DNA of 64,000 nucleotides from Gemmatales bacterium (GTDB lineage Bacteria > Planctomycetota > Planctomycetia > Gemmatales > HRBIN36). The stretch's first letter is position 1; each line of letters begins with the position of its first letter. Made by a program: the position numbers and the translations under genes. The DNA lies in contig JBEPZY010000008.1 of the NCBI GenBank assembly GCA_041640595.1, positions 130,773 through 194,772 on the forward strand, given 5' to 3'. The notes beneath the pieces were generated by a model. It was not told the origin of the DNA. It did no database searches and saw nothing but the letters and a program-made list of their open reading frames with translations. Shown in pieces: positions 22,080 to 32,352 of this stretch.

Positions 22080-22323
22080 GGTGCTGGACCCTCCTGCTTG
22101 GACCTGGTGTGTTTCTGGAGATTTGCGCCAACCCTCCCAATGAAGGTTGGGAAATCTGCGTTGCTTTGTGAATTCGCCCAGGCTGCAATGATACTAGCGA
22201 ATAGGATGGCCGCCGTCAAGCTCATTTTACGAAAATTTTCCATTTTTGCTCAGTTGAATCTCCACCCTGACCGATACTTTCGCGATTTTTCTTCCCCGTC
22301 TTTCCAACCGTCACGATATCCGC

Positions 22324-22845
22324 CTACCACACTGGCGGTTCGCCCGTGTGGCGTCCCAGCGCCTGGACTAACCAGGCCATCTGGCCAATGTGATTGTTCA
22401 GGTGCGAGGCACACACAACCAGCAGACCAAATTGCGTGGCAATGGGATGGCGATCGGGAAAGTCCACGGGCTTGAGCATGGCTGACTCGTCCATGCTTTC
22501 GATAGTGCGCACCACCAGGTCAATCGCCTCGCGGAATCGCTGCAGTATCTGCTCCCTCGGATAACGGTTCGGGTCAGTGAACTCCAGCGGTCGGTTGCGC
22601 ACATAGCCAGTCCCCGCGATTCCTGCCCCGATGTAATGATTCAGGTTACCTGTCAGGTGCAGAACCAGGTGCCCCAGGCTGTTTCCAAATGGGAAAGGCT
22701 TGTCCCAAAGCTGTTCTTCGGGCACTGCTCGCACGTGTCGTTCGACGCGCTCTGCCAGATGGCGAAAGTATGCGACCAGTTCCGATTTGACCGTGGTGAG
22801 CAAGCTGACGTTACTGCCAGCGGCAGACAACTCGGCCTTGGTCAT
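22324..22845 (-). CDS. DinB/DUF1572-family protein
   Basis: NSLGHLVLHLTGNL, RNRPLEF and H...HIGQ. Confidence 0.85.
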   Translation of the reverse strand: MTKAELSAAGSNVSLLTTVKSELVAYFRHLAERVERHVRAVPEEQLWDKPFPFGNSLGHLVLHLTGNLNHYIGAGIAGTGYVRNRPLEFTDPNRYPREQILQRFREAIDLVVRTIESMDESAMLKPVDFPDRHPIATQFGLLVVCASHLNNHIGQMAWLVQALGRHTGEPPVW

Positions 22846-23184
22846 TGTTTCAGCCTCCAGCAAATGGGTCGGTTAGCATTGTGGCGATAAAGCCGGAAAG
22901 TGCCTGCCCCTTCGTCAGGCTCCAGCAAATGGCAGCTGTTTCTTTCGCTTCCCCGGTGCTACGACCGATCCTTGTCGCGTTCGCTGCCCCCACGCCGTGG
23001 GCGAGTGTGGCCTTGGAAGAAGAGGTACCACGTGTTGAACCAATGTCTGTCGTGTTCGCCGCCCGCACAGCCCGCTGTGTATGCGGTTTGCCCGGATTCT
23101 CAGCAATGCCCACCGCGACGCCCGCATGAAGCCTGTGATTTCTGTCATAAAAACCGTAAGCACTGCCGATAGTTACAACTGGGC

Positions 23185-23214
23185 TTGCATCGGCACGCTA
23201 GTTTGGCATATAAT
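23185..23214 (+). promoter_or_regulatory. Putative sigma70 promoter
   Basis: TTGCAT-N18-TATAAT (perfect -10). Confidence 0.6.
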
Positions 23215-23220
23215 TTTCTG

Positions 23221-23410
23221 GCTACGGATCAAGAGGCAGATCGGCGAGGGCTTCCCGCAGGCTCAGGAGGAGCCTGATTGGGCTACGGAGGGCCGAACCG
23301 GAACAGGGTGGGAGCCCCTGGCCCGCCTGGAAGCGGTCATTTCCTAGGGAATCCTACCTGTCAGGATTTGAGGCCGGTCGGCCTGAGTATCCCCTCACGG
23401 AAGAACGGAC
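23221..23410 (+). ncRNA. Candidate CsrB/Rsm-like GGA-hairpin RNA or CsrA-regulated leader
   Basis: 11 GGA motifs in 184 nt, several in hairpin loops, immediately after a TATAAT box; no clear terminator. Confidence 0.4.
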
Positions 23411-23500
23411 GATCCTTACTGCACTCTGATTCTGCGCCTGGTGTCGGCGGCCCGCGTGCCGTAGGGGACACGGGCGCGCGAACCCGTGGAGGGTTTGGCC

Positions 23501-24034
23501 ATGTTCGAACTTCCGTTCCTGGTCAGTTGGGTCTGGCTCTCGAATTCTATCGAGAGCGGGTGGTGGATTTCTCAACTCGGCCATTCGCAGTATCCCATCC
23601 GAGTTGCTGCTCATCGCCGGCTAGCCCAGCGTTTAGCCGATTCCGACGGTGTTCTTACCGTACATCTTCTTGAGGAAGCGCTGCAATCTTCGCATCCGGA
23701 AGTGATACGGCGAGCGCGGGATTTACTGGCACAATTTTACTCCCTCGAACCGAGCAACTATGCTGTCATGCCCTGGATCGATCAACTTCCGGAGCACTGG
23801 CCTGACCGTAAGGCTATCGTCGAAACTTACCTTTACCGTGCCCGGCAGCTGCTCGACAACGGTTACTATCAATCCGATTGGCCTGATTACCGGCTCGCTA
23901 CCTCTTTGTACGTTTTCGACCTGTTGCGTCAGGGCATGCCCCGCCAGGCCGTGCTGCAAATGCTCGACACGATGGTCGAGCGAGAAAAAGAATATCGCCG
24001 CAGCCGGGGCATGAAAGAATTAGTGCGCGAGTAA
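23501..24034 (+). CDS. Hypothetical protein with HEAT-like helical N-terminal region
   Basis: GGAGGG RBS, ATG at 23501; LG...Y..R..A..RL and PEVIRRA motifs. Confidence 0.7.
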   Translation: MFELPFLVSWVWLSNSIESGWWISQLGHSQYPIRVAAHRRLAQRLADSDGVLTVHLLEEALQSSHPEVIRRARDLLAQFYSLEPSNYAVMPWIDQLPEHWPDRKAIVETYLYRARQLLDNGYYQSDWPDYRLATSLYVFDLLRQGMPRQAVLQMLDTMVEREKEYRRSRGMKELVRE

Positions 24035-24113
24035 CGAAGATTTCCCCGACAGTTCGCCGGTCGTGTGGATTATTGATTACACGCGCCAGCCGTTGCCGTT
24101 TTCCAGCGTAGGC

Positions 24114-25238
24114 CTACTTTTTCGGCTTGCAATAACTAAGCGCCAGCAAAGCGTAAGCGGTCACCAGGTTGGCATCGCCTTCCATCCAGCGATCTGCCGG
24201 ATTGACCCAGCTGCCGTCAGGCCGCTGCCGCTTCGCCAGAGCCTCGGTAATGTCTTTCCGCCAGTCGTGTTTCTGTCCCTGGGCATCTTCCACGTAATCC
24301 ACGCCCAGGGCATCCAGGCACTTGGCCATCGTGTGGTAGTAATAGTACAGCCCCAGCTGATCCCGACCGGGCGGAAAGCCAGGGTTGCGCTCCACCGTGT
24401 AATTTCGGCGAATCCACTCCCAGGCTGCCTGAACGCGCTTGTCGTCTTTGCTGACGCCGGCATAGATCAGACTCTTGACGCCGGCATAAGTCATACTGCC
24501 GTAGCTGCGCAGGTCGTCACCGGCCTTGCTTTCCGGATCGCCGGCGCAGGTGTAAATGAAACCGCCATCGTTGATCTTCCCAGCCCATGGTTGGTCGTTG
24601 AATTCGCTTTTGAGGTTCTGGCAGCGGCTGACGAAAATGATAGCCTTCTGATACGCGGGATCGCTGGACGGCACTCCAGCCGCTTTCAACGCATCAATGA
24701 AGAACTGCGTGTTCGATAGATCGGGCCGGGATTTGCTGTCATAGCCTGCGCCACCGTAGCGGTTATCCTGCCTCAGAATCTCTTCTCCTTCGTCCCACTG
24801 CAGCATCTTCAGGTAGCGAGCTCCGTCCTGGACAATTTTGTTGTACCGGCCATCTTTATTCGCCTCGGCAAATGCCATCACGTTTACCGAGGTAACGTAA
24901 TTCTTGAGCTGGTCTCGTGGATTTTCGCCGGCGATATGGCCTTCGCGGGGATTGACCAGCGATTCCAGAAACCGCAACCCGCGAACGATGGTTACGTCGT
25001 TATCCGGTAGCTTTCCCGTTCGCAAAAGCGCGGTCATCACCACGCCGCTGATACCCAAACTTCGCTCCTTGCTCCAGCTGCCATCGGCAGCCTGAGTGCT
25101 GCGGAGATAAGCCACGCCTTTGCTGACCAGTTGATCCCACAGTTTTTCGTCGGGCCCGACCGCTCGGCTAACGTGCGAGAGCCCGAGCAGTAATATCGCT
25201 AGCCCAGCAGCGATCCACCCGAACATCTGCTTCCGCAT
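24114..25238 (-). CDS. Prenyltransferase/squalene-oxidase-repeat (terpene-cyclase-like) protein
   Basis: Signal peptide; QW-like repeats YLRSTQAADGSW and QRPDGSW; RPDLSNT and SYGSMTYAG. Confidence 0.85.
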   Translation of the reverse strand: MRKQMFGWIAAGLAILLLGLSHVSRAVGPDEKLWDQLVSKGVAYLRSTQAADGSWSKERSLGISGVVMTALLRTGKLPDNDVTIVRGLRFLESLVNPREGHIAGENPRDQLKNYVTSVNVMAFAEANKDGRYNKIVQDGARYLKMLQWDEGEEILRQDNRYGGAGYDSKSRPDLSNTQFFIDALKAAGVPSSDPAYQKAIIFVSRCQNLKSEFNDQPWAGKINDGGFIYTCAGDPESKAGDDLRSYGSMTYAGVKSLIYAGVSKDDKRVQAAWEWIRRNYTVERNPGFPPGRDQLGLYYYYHTMAKCLDALGVDYVEDAQGQKHDWRKDITEALAKRQRPDGSWVNPADRWMEGDANLVTAYALLALSYCKPKK

Positions 25239-25417
25239 CGCCTCTCTCCTTTTTGTCGTTATTGTCCAGCCACCGCAGCGCATCTTCATTCTACACAAAA
25301 CCTTGACGAGGCCACGCCCGGTTTCTAACTACCGCTTTAGACACCATGAAATTTCCAGCCTGGGTGCCCCACCTAACCTGGTCGAGTCCCGCCACCGAAC
25401 GAAATAGGAGTAGTCCA

Positions 25418-27313
25418 ATGCACCGCCTCGCCTTTTCCTGGCTCCTGGTCGTGTCCATGCCGTTCACCGTTTTCGCTGGCAATTCCAACAGCCTCCTGGA
25501 CGTTAGTCCGGACGGGAAAAACCTGTTAGTGGCCAACACGGATAGCGGCACTGTAAGCCTTGTGGATCTGGCAACCAGGCAGTTGCTCGCGGAAATCCCT
25601 GTTGGAGAAAAACCGGAGGGAGTTACCTGGATCGATACTGGCCCACTTGCAGCAGCAACCGTGAACTGGACGGATGAGGTTGTCTTCATTGACACCGCCC
25701 AGCGTCAGGTGATTGACCGAATCAAGGTCGCCAATGAACCTTATGGTATTGTCTCCAGCAAAGATGGCCGCAAACTCTGGGTCACCCACGATTACTGGGG
25801 TACGGTCAGCGAAATAGACACGTCCACACGCAAGGTTATTCGTGAAATCCCCGTGGTGCGATTCATCCGCGGTGTTGCCATTTCCCCCGACGAAAAACGA
25901 CTCTATGTCACGGGCTCTTACAATGCTGACCTGTACGTAATTGACCTAAGCACCGGCCAGATATGCGACCATTTTCCCGGGCATGAGCAGTATAACCTCG
26001 CCCGTAATGTCGTCCTTCACCCCCACCGACCGAAAGCCTATATCCCCCACATTCGCACACGCACCCACATTGCCGACAGCGCTGGTTCTATCTTTCCGGA
26101 GCTTAGCATAGTTCACCTCGACCGGCCTAAGCAGGCAAAGCGCCGCACGGTGATTGCTATGGATACGTTCAACAACCTGGCCGTCCCTACCAATCCCTGG
26201 GAATGCGCACTTTCGCCCGATGGCAGGACCTTTTACGTTGTTTATGCGGGAACTGACGACATGAATCTGTGCAATGTACTCGATGACGACTATCAGGAGA
26301 TTGAACGACGTGGCAATACCAGTCTAATTCCAGTCGGCACGCATCCCCGAGCGGTGCGTGTTAGTCCCGATGGCAAGGAAGTATATATCTATAACACCCT
26401 TGATTTTCAGGTAGGCGTTTACGACGCTAACAATATGCGGCCTTTAGCGCGGATTACAGTAACTAAGCCACCGAAAAGTCCGGAATGGGTTCGCGGGAAA
26501 ATCCTTTTCAATACCGCCAAACCACCGATGACCAGCCGACGCTGGATCGCTTGTGCTTCCTGTCATCCGGACGGTCACCATGACGGCCGGGTCTGGCAAA
26601 ATCCAGAAGGGCTGAGACGTACACCCCAGCTTTTCGGTCTCGCTCACACGCACCCGCTCCACTGGTCTGCCGATCGCGACGAGGTTCAAGATTTCGAGTA
26701 CACCATTCGCGGCCGCCTGATGTTAGGTCGCGGATTATTACCCGGACCTATCAAGCCGAAAATAGGATTCGAACCGGTCGAGCTGGACGAAAAACTTGCC
26801 GGTCGCTCGCCAGACCTCGATGCCCTGGCTGTTTATACCAACTCGTTTGAGTTCCGCCTCAGTCCTTACATTCCAGCGCCCGGTAAGCTAAGCCCGGCTG
26901 CCGAACGGGGAAAAGCAATCTTTTTTAGAGCTGATACCGCTTGTGCTACCTGCCATCGCGGTCCTTATTACACCGATAGCTCCCTCAAACGGCCATTCCT
27001 GGTTCATGATGTCGGCACGGGTGAGGACGATCCCACGGAAAAAATGGGGCCGAAATACGATACCCCCACTTTACTCGGTATCTATCGCAACACCTCTTAT
27101 TTACATCATGGCAAGGCGAAGAATCTTTACGAGGTGCTAACCACCTATAATCGCCACGATAAGCATGGCAAAACCAGTCACCTTAGCAAGCAGGAATTGG
27201 ACGATTTAGTCGCCTTTCTAATGTCCCTGCCTTATGAAATCCCGCCCGACCAGACCGAAAACACCGTCCCTTACCGTTTTCGATCAGGAGCGAGAAGCTC
27301 GCCTAATAAATGA
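25418..27313 (+). CDS. YVTN beta-propeller fused to a di-heme cytochrome c (peroxidase-like) domain
   Basis: SPDGK..V.N propeller repeats; CASCH and CATCH heme motifs; DTPTLLG..YLHHG; AGGAG RBS. Confidence 0.88.
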   Translation: MHRLAFSWLLVVSMPFTVFAGNSNSLLDVSPDGKNLLVANTDSGTVSLVDLATRQLLAEIPVGEKPEGVTWIDTGPLAAATVNWTDEVVFIDTAQRQVIDRIKVANEPYGIVSSKDGRKLWVTHDYWGTVSEIDTSTRKVIREIPVVRFIRGVAISPDEKRLYVTGSYNADLYVIDLSTGQICDHFPGHEQYNLARNVVLHPHRPKAYIPHIRTRTHIADSAGSIFPELSIVHLDRPKQAKRRTVIAMDTFNNLAVPTNPWECALSPDGRTFYVVYAGTDDMNLCNVLDDDYQEIERRGNTSLIPVGTHPRAVRVSPDGKEVYIYNTLDFQVGVYDANNMRPLARITVTKPPKSPEWVRGKILFNTAKPPMTSRRWIACASCHPDGHHDGRVWQNPEGLRRTPQLFGLAHTHPLHWSADRDEVQDFEYTIRGRLMLGRGLLPGPIKPKIGFEPVELDEKLAGRSPDLDALAVYTNSFEFRLSPYIPAPGKLSPAAERGKAIFFRADTACATCHRGPYYTDSSLKRPFLVHDVGTGEDDPTEKMGPKYDTPTLLGIYRNTSYLHHGKAKNLYEVLTTYNRHDKHGKTSHLSKQELDDLVAFLMSLPYEIPPDQTENTVPYRFRSGARSSPNK

Positions 27314-27315
27314 CG

Positions 27316-29136
27316 CTATTTCGCTTGAAGCTGCCGTACATACAGCCTCTTGATCGCCGCAATTTCTTGCCGTCTTTGCTCGATGCTTTGCAGCACATTG
27401 GATAGCTGCTCCAATATTTGCTTCAGGGCATTCACTTCGTTATTGCGATCGCTTTCTATGCGGCTTAATTGACTCCCGTAGATTTGCCAGAGCGCTGAGG
27501 ATGCTCCGCGACGCAAGCCTTGAATTACATGACTTGTAAACTCTCGCCAGTCGTGTGGCGACAGACGATATGCCAGGAAATAACTGAGGACTTCTACTAA
27601 AAACCACGGTACCAGGAAATAAAGAACGTCACCGAAACCTGGATTGTATGGAGCGGCGGCGAAAAACATTCTGTACAAAAGCACGCTAAGTCCCAAAAAT
27701 CCCGCAAGCCAGCTTAAACGCCCCGGCATCCACTTTACCGCTCGATGCAACCAGCTGCGCCAGCCGTGCCCTTGCCAGACCCCTTGATGTGCATGTCTTA
27801 GTGCTTCCCGGAGTTGTTCCTTCCAGAAACCGTTCCAGTCTCCGGGACTAATCTGTCGCAGCGATTCTTCTAAAAAACTCGCCGGCAACCCGTGATTGGC
27901 CGCCTGCTCCAGCAACTGATTAGTCAGGTGCTCTCCCCAATGGCGCAGGTAGCTATCACCCAGACTCGGCAGTAAGTCGCACACTAAGTCCGTTAAATGC
28001 GTGGTAAGATAGGAAGGAATACTCGAGTCTGGCGCGGGCGCTGCCCGAGATACTCTCCAACCACGCCACCACTTGACTATACTGGATAACCAGCCAGGGA
28101 TTTGCTTCGTCGCTTGCTCCCGAAGGTAATCGTCCAACCGTTTGTGCTGCTGGTAAAAATAAGATTCGCACCGTTCAATAAACTGCTGAACGGCTCTTTC
28201 CAGAACGGCTTTCCAAGCATGTTCGAGGGACGGAAGATTTATTGATGTTAGTCCCCGCAGAAGTTGCTCTAAATGCTCCGCGCACTTTCGCAATGTTTCC
28301 ACTAAGTTTTTTTCCCGGATCGCTAAAAGTTCCTTTTCACCCAGTTCGGCTTCTAACCACTGGCGTAATTCCTGAAATTGATCGCCTGGTGGTGGGACAG
28401 CAGTTGTCAACTTTTCAGAGCTTGTCCAATACCGGGCGCTGGTGCGAAAGAGTAACGGGTGTTCGTATCCTTCCCGCTCTAAGTCGCGCAGCCAGTCTAA
28501 ATCCGGCCTCTCTCCGGTTTGTTCCCTTCCGACGCATTCATCCCAGCGATTCAGTACGAAGGCAAATGCTTTGCGCCCGCTGAACTCGCGAAACAATTCC
28601 CAGCCAATGCGGTCATGATATTTCTCCGACGAACCAATATAGAGGACTATGTCTGCATAAGGCAAAATACTTCGCAGCCGCCGATAATTTTCGGTTTCTC
28701 TGCTATCCAGGTCGGGGGCGTCCACGATCACCTTATTGTGCAGTATATCCTGATCATGCCGGACAGCTTGCTCTAATAACTGGGCGGGTAAAATATCGCC
28801 TGGCAGGCTTGTGTGGATATAAGCAAGTACCTGCCGGGTAGTTGGTCGCAACAGGCCTGTTCTGGCGATAGGCTGCCCGGCCAGGGCATTTAGCAATGTA
28901 GATTTGCCCACACCAGTGCCTCCCATCAGCACAATCACAACGTACACCTTCCCCGCTTTGAGTCTCTGAACCTCATGCTTCAAGAGCCCAAGAAGTTGCT
29001 GGAGCTGTTGTAACAGGGTGGGATCGAAGGGCCATTTATGTTCCGCACTAATCCACTGCTCTAACTTTTCCGCCACTAATTCCAGTTCTCTTGCCAGGCG
29101 TGAGGAAAAGCTGTGTTCCAGGACACTGGACGACAT
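27316..29136 (-). CDS. TRAFAC/dynamin-like GTPase with C-terminal TM hairpin
   Basis: G1 GGTGVGKST, G2 PTT, G3 DAPD, G4 NRWD; two TM helices near the C-terminus. Confidence 0.85.
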   Translation of the reverse strand: MSSSVLEHSFSSRLARELELVAEKLEQWISAEHKWPFDPTLLQQLQQLLGLLKHEVQRLKAGKVYVVIVLMGGTGVGKSTLLNALAGQPIARTGLLRPTTRQVLAYIHTSLPGDILPAQLLEQAVRHDQDILHNKVIVDAPDLDSRETENYRRLRSILPYADIVLYIGSSEKYHDRIGWELFREFSGRKAFAFVLNRWDECVGREQTGERPDLDWLRDLEREGYEHPLLFRTSARYWTSSEKLTTAVPPPGDQFQELRQWLEAELGEKELLAIREKNLVETLRKCAEHLEQLLRGLTSINLPSLEHAWKAVLERAVQQFIERCESYFYQQHKRLDDYLREQATKQIPGWLSSIVKWWRGWRVSRAAPAPDSSIPSYLTTHLTDLVCDLLPSLGDSYLRHWGEHLTNQLLEQAANHGLPASFLEESLRQISPGDWNGFWKEQLREALRHAHQGVWQGHGWRSWLHRAVKWMPGRLSWLAGFLGLSVLLYRMFFAAAPYNPGFGDVLYFLVPWFLVEVLSYFLAYRLSPHDWREFTSHVIQGLRRGASSALWQIYGSQLSRIESDRNNEVNALKQILEQLSNVLQSIEQRRQEIAAIKRLYVRQLQAK

Positions 29137-29168
29137 GAGTGCAAGACCCCCGGCATATAAAAATCTGT

Positions 29169-30944
29169 TCAGCTGGCCTTGAGATTCTCATAAATGCCCC
29201 TGCTAAACTTCTCCCGCAGAAGGGGCAACTTAGATAAAGTCTGCTCAAGCTCCCACCAGTCCTGAGTCGGCTGGCAAGACCCAAGCTGTCGCCATAATGG
29301 ATCGAGGAGCGACCTTTCTAATATGGCCAGTTGAGCATTCCTCGCTTCAGCCCGACGAGTTTCCACATATTGCTGGCCCAGGTATTCGGTCAATGCCTGG
29401 ACGAGGGAAGCTGCTAGCGGCAACCAGACGACGTCCCAGATGTTAAGTCCACCCGTAAGCAAAATCCCGCCGATACTCCCCAGCTCAACGGTAAGCTTAG
29501 TTGCCCGCAGTGTGTTCAAAATAACTGGACTCGCTTGCAGATCGCGATAAATAGCGCAGGCGATGGACTCCACGCAATCACGCCGTGCCTGTTCATAATC
29601 GGACAAGAGCTTCTCGGCGTCATGGCGGATCTGCTGGCGGAATGCTGAAGCTACGCTTAGATGTTCGCTCAGCCTCTTCCAGGCCGGATCTTGTTGGCTA
29701 CGTTGTTCTGCTTTGTGCCAGAGGCCTGTCAGAGCCATATCTATCGCCTGCAAGATAACGCTCCGCTCGGACTGCAAAGCGGGACTAGCATTTCCGCTAC
29801 CGGTCAGGGACTGCCAGAGCATTTTTACTCCGCGCCAGGGCAAACGCAGGATATTCAGTGCCGTGCTTAGATAACTACCTATACCGGGCACTTCTAACAA
29901 TTCCAGCAAGCGCACCATTGCTTCGTCAAAGATAGGTAAACGTTCCTGCTCAAGGAATTCGCGGCGATAGCGGTTAAGCACGAGGTTACGCTGATCGGAA
30001 AGGCATTGCCGCCACTCGACGAGGTTCCGAAGAAGTGGCGAGGCCAGTTGTGACCAGTGCGATTCACATTGTTGCAGGTATTCTAAACCTCGAGTGATGA
30101 TCTGGCGCCGCGTGTCCAGTCCCCGCGACACTAAGTCATGAATATGTCCCAGCAATTGCTGACGAACATCGGCCATAGATAGCGGATCGTGTAACTCAGC
30201 CAGTGATTTTTCAGGAACGATTATGCAGGGTATTGTCCCGGACCGGGGAAGATTCTTGAGCACTTCCTCGGAAAAATGACGCCGAATCAGATCGCTTTCA
30301 GATTCCGGGACCTTGGTAAGGCAGGCGATTACGGGTTTACCGGCAGCCGCTAACATACGCAGATACTCAGAGGGCACGCGGTCATTATAACGCTGAACCG
30401 ACGCAACATAAATAAGGATATCGGCCAGACCTAAGACTTCTAATAATCGAGCGATATAGTTCCCGGCGTGGATGGTGGTCATATCGGGATTGTCCCAGAT
30501 AACCAGGCTGGGTGGCAGATCGATTGAACCTTTCACTGAACGCACATCGAATATGTCTTCATCTATGTTTCCGGGCACCGGTTGCAAAACGCAGCGAAGT
30601 TGTGGCAAAGCGTTGGTGACCAGCGAGACGTTTAGACAAAATGCAGTAGGATGGCGTGTGTAGCCGGACTGCGGATTAGCTTCTGCGAGAGGTTGTCCGA
30701 GCAAAATGTTGACGACCGTACTCTTCCCCGCACCCCCGCCGCCAACCACAGCAACATGCCAGGCGTCGGAAAGATTGCCAGTCCAGTATCGCAGGTAATA
30801 ATTACGTATAAGTGCCTGGCTGAACCGGATCTCTTCGAGAACCAAGTGCCGCCCATCGCTCGCTGGCAGAATTCGGGCCAGACAATCAAGACCGGCAACG
30901 TATTGCTGCGCGGCTTCTTTCGGTTCGGGATTTACTATGCTCAT
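29169..30944 (-). CDS. TRAFAC/dynamin-like GTPase with C-terminal hydrophobic segment
   Basis: G1 GGGGAGKST, G2 YTRH, G3 DNPD, G4 TKV; hydrophobic C-terminal region. Confidence 0.85.
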   Translation of the reverse strand: MSIVNPEPKEAAQQYVAGLDCLARILPASDGRHLVLEEIRFSQALIRNYYLRYWTGNLSDAWHVAVVGGGGAGKSTVVNILLGQPLAEANPQSGYTRHPTAFCLNVSLVTNALPQLRCVLQPVPGNIDEDIFDVRSVKGSIDLPPSLVIWDNPDMTTIHAGNYIARLLEVLGLADILIYVASVQRYNDRVPSEYLRMLAAAGKPVIACLTKVPESESDLIRRHFSEEVLKNLPRSGTIPCIIVPEKSLAELHDPLSMADVRQQLLGHIHDLVSRGLDTRRQIITRGLEYLQQCESHWSQLASPLLRNLVEWRQCLSDQRNLVLNRYRREFLEQERLPIFDEAMVRLLELLEVPGIGSYLSTALNILRLPWRGVKMLWQSLTGSGNASPALQSERSVILQAIDMALTGLWHKAEQRSQQDPAWKRLSEHLSVASAFRQQIRHDAEKLLSDYEQARRDCVESIACAIYRDLQASPVILNTLRATKLTVELGSIGGILLTGGLNIWDVVWLPLAASLVQALTEYLGQQYVETRRAEARNAQLAILERSLLDPLWRQLGSCQPTQDWWELEQTLSKLPLLREKFSRGIYENLKAS

Positions 30945-31107
30945 GGTGAAAGTCGTTCATAACATGTGTGCTCAAGGTCACATGCTAAGCCCTGGAAGTG
31001 CGGCCATGCCGTTACCGTACCTGCTTAGAGGCAATAAATCGGGACTAAATGCCGGGCCTTTTGTTGTACTGCCACCCATGCCATTATACCTTGTTTGCGG
31101 ACCATAG

Positions 31108-32229
31108 CTAAACGGCCAGTCTTTCGACTGCGAACGCCTCGATGGGAACACTTAGTGGTAGGCCGAGGATTAATTCCATAAGCACCTGGGCCGTGCCTGG
31201 CGAGAGAGTAATCCCTGATCGGAAATGCCCGCTGGCGATATAGAGATTGCGGTAATTAGGAACGCTGCCAATGAATGGACGTCCATCGGGGTTACCTGGA
31301 CGCAGACCCGCCCAGCATCGCTCGACCTCAGCGTGGCTCAAGGCGGGAACCCAACGGCAAGCAGTGGCGAGAAGATGAGCTATTGCTTCCGCGGTGGTAC
31401 GCTTATCATAGCCTGCATCTTCAACCGTGGAACCAACTAAGATACGCCCATCCGGCCTGGGCACAAGATATTCATCGCCACCCATAATAATATGGCGGAG
31501 TATCGGCATCGAACACCGTAACAGTACAATTTGACCACGCATAGGACGGATACCGAAAGACAGTCCTAAGGATCGCAGGAGACGGTCGGTCCAGGCTCCA
31601 GCGCACACGATAAACTTATCTGCAACCAACCTTTCTTGGGGAGTCCAGACCCCGACGATCTGTTCACCTTCACGCACTAACTCCACCACGGGATCGTAAG
31701 GGCGTAAGTTAACTTTATATAACTGGCAGGCGGCCACCAGGGCTCGAATATGCCAGGGATTGCGAACCTGCGCCATCTCAGGAAAATAAACCGCGCCAGG
31801 TAAATCCTCAGCTATGCCAGGTTGGCGCTGGCGAAGCTGCTCGCCATCTAATACTTCGCAAGATGCTCCTTCTCCCTGTTCCTCGCGCAGGAGGTTTTCG
31901 ATACGCTGTTTTTCTAAGGCATCCGCAGAACGGCGAAGCTCTAAGCCCCCGCAAACCCAGTAACCATTATGTACACCGGTCTTCTCGAGTAACTCCTGAG
32001 ATAGCTGTGGAAACAAACTGGCACTCAGGGCGCGGAGTCTTCCCAGAGCCGAGCGGGCACGCCGGGGATGACCCGGGGAAAGAATCCCCGCACCGGCCCA
32101 ACTGGACTCCCGACCAAAGTCTCCGGCGTCGGTTACGGTAACGCTTATACCTTGCCTGGCCAGGAAGTAAGCCGTCGTCAGGCCGATGACACCACCACCT
32201 ATTATCAGCACATCGCAGGGTTTAGCCAT
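31108..32229 (-). CDS. thiO: Glycine oxidase
   Basis: GGGVIG, SWAGAGIL, RGQ, YLVPR.DG, WAGLRP and GHFRSGITL. Confidence 0.88.
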   Translation of the reverse strand: MAKPCDVLIIGGGVIGLTTAYFLARQGISVTVTDAGDFGRESSWAGAGILSPGHPRRARSALGRLRALSASLFPQLSQELLEKTGVHNGYWVCGGLELRRSADALEKQRIENLLREEQGEGASCEVLDGEQLRQRQPGIAEDLPGAVYFPEMAQVRNPWHIRALVAACQLYKVNLRPYDPVVELVREGEQIVGVWTPQERLVADKFIVCAGAWTDRLLRSLGLSFGIRPMRGQIVLLRCSMPILRHIIMGGDEYLVPRPDGRILVGSTVEDAGYDKRTTAEAIAHLLATACRWVPALSHAEVERCWAGLRPGNPDGRPFIGSVPNYRNLYIASGHFRSGITLSPGTAQVLMELILGLPLSVPIEAFAVERLAV

Positions 32230-32352
32230 ACTGCTGACCTCACACTCAAGCGAGGCTGCTTTATTCGCGGACGACGATCACTGTCGGGGCAAGTTTTTGA
32301 AATTTGGCCACTGCCTGATCGGGAATTTTGCAGCCCTGGATATAAACCGCCT

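Noticed and set aside
22915..23163. 82-aa minus-strand ORF upstream of the DinB gene
   Set aside because: No motif or clear RBS; cannot be supported.
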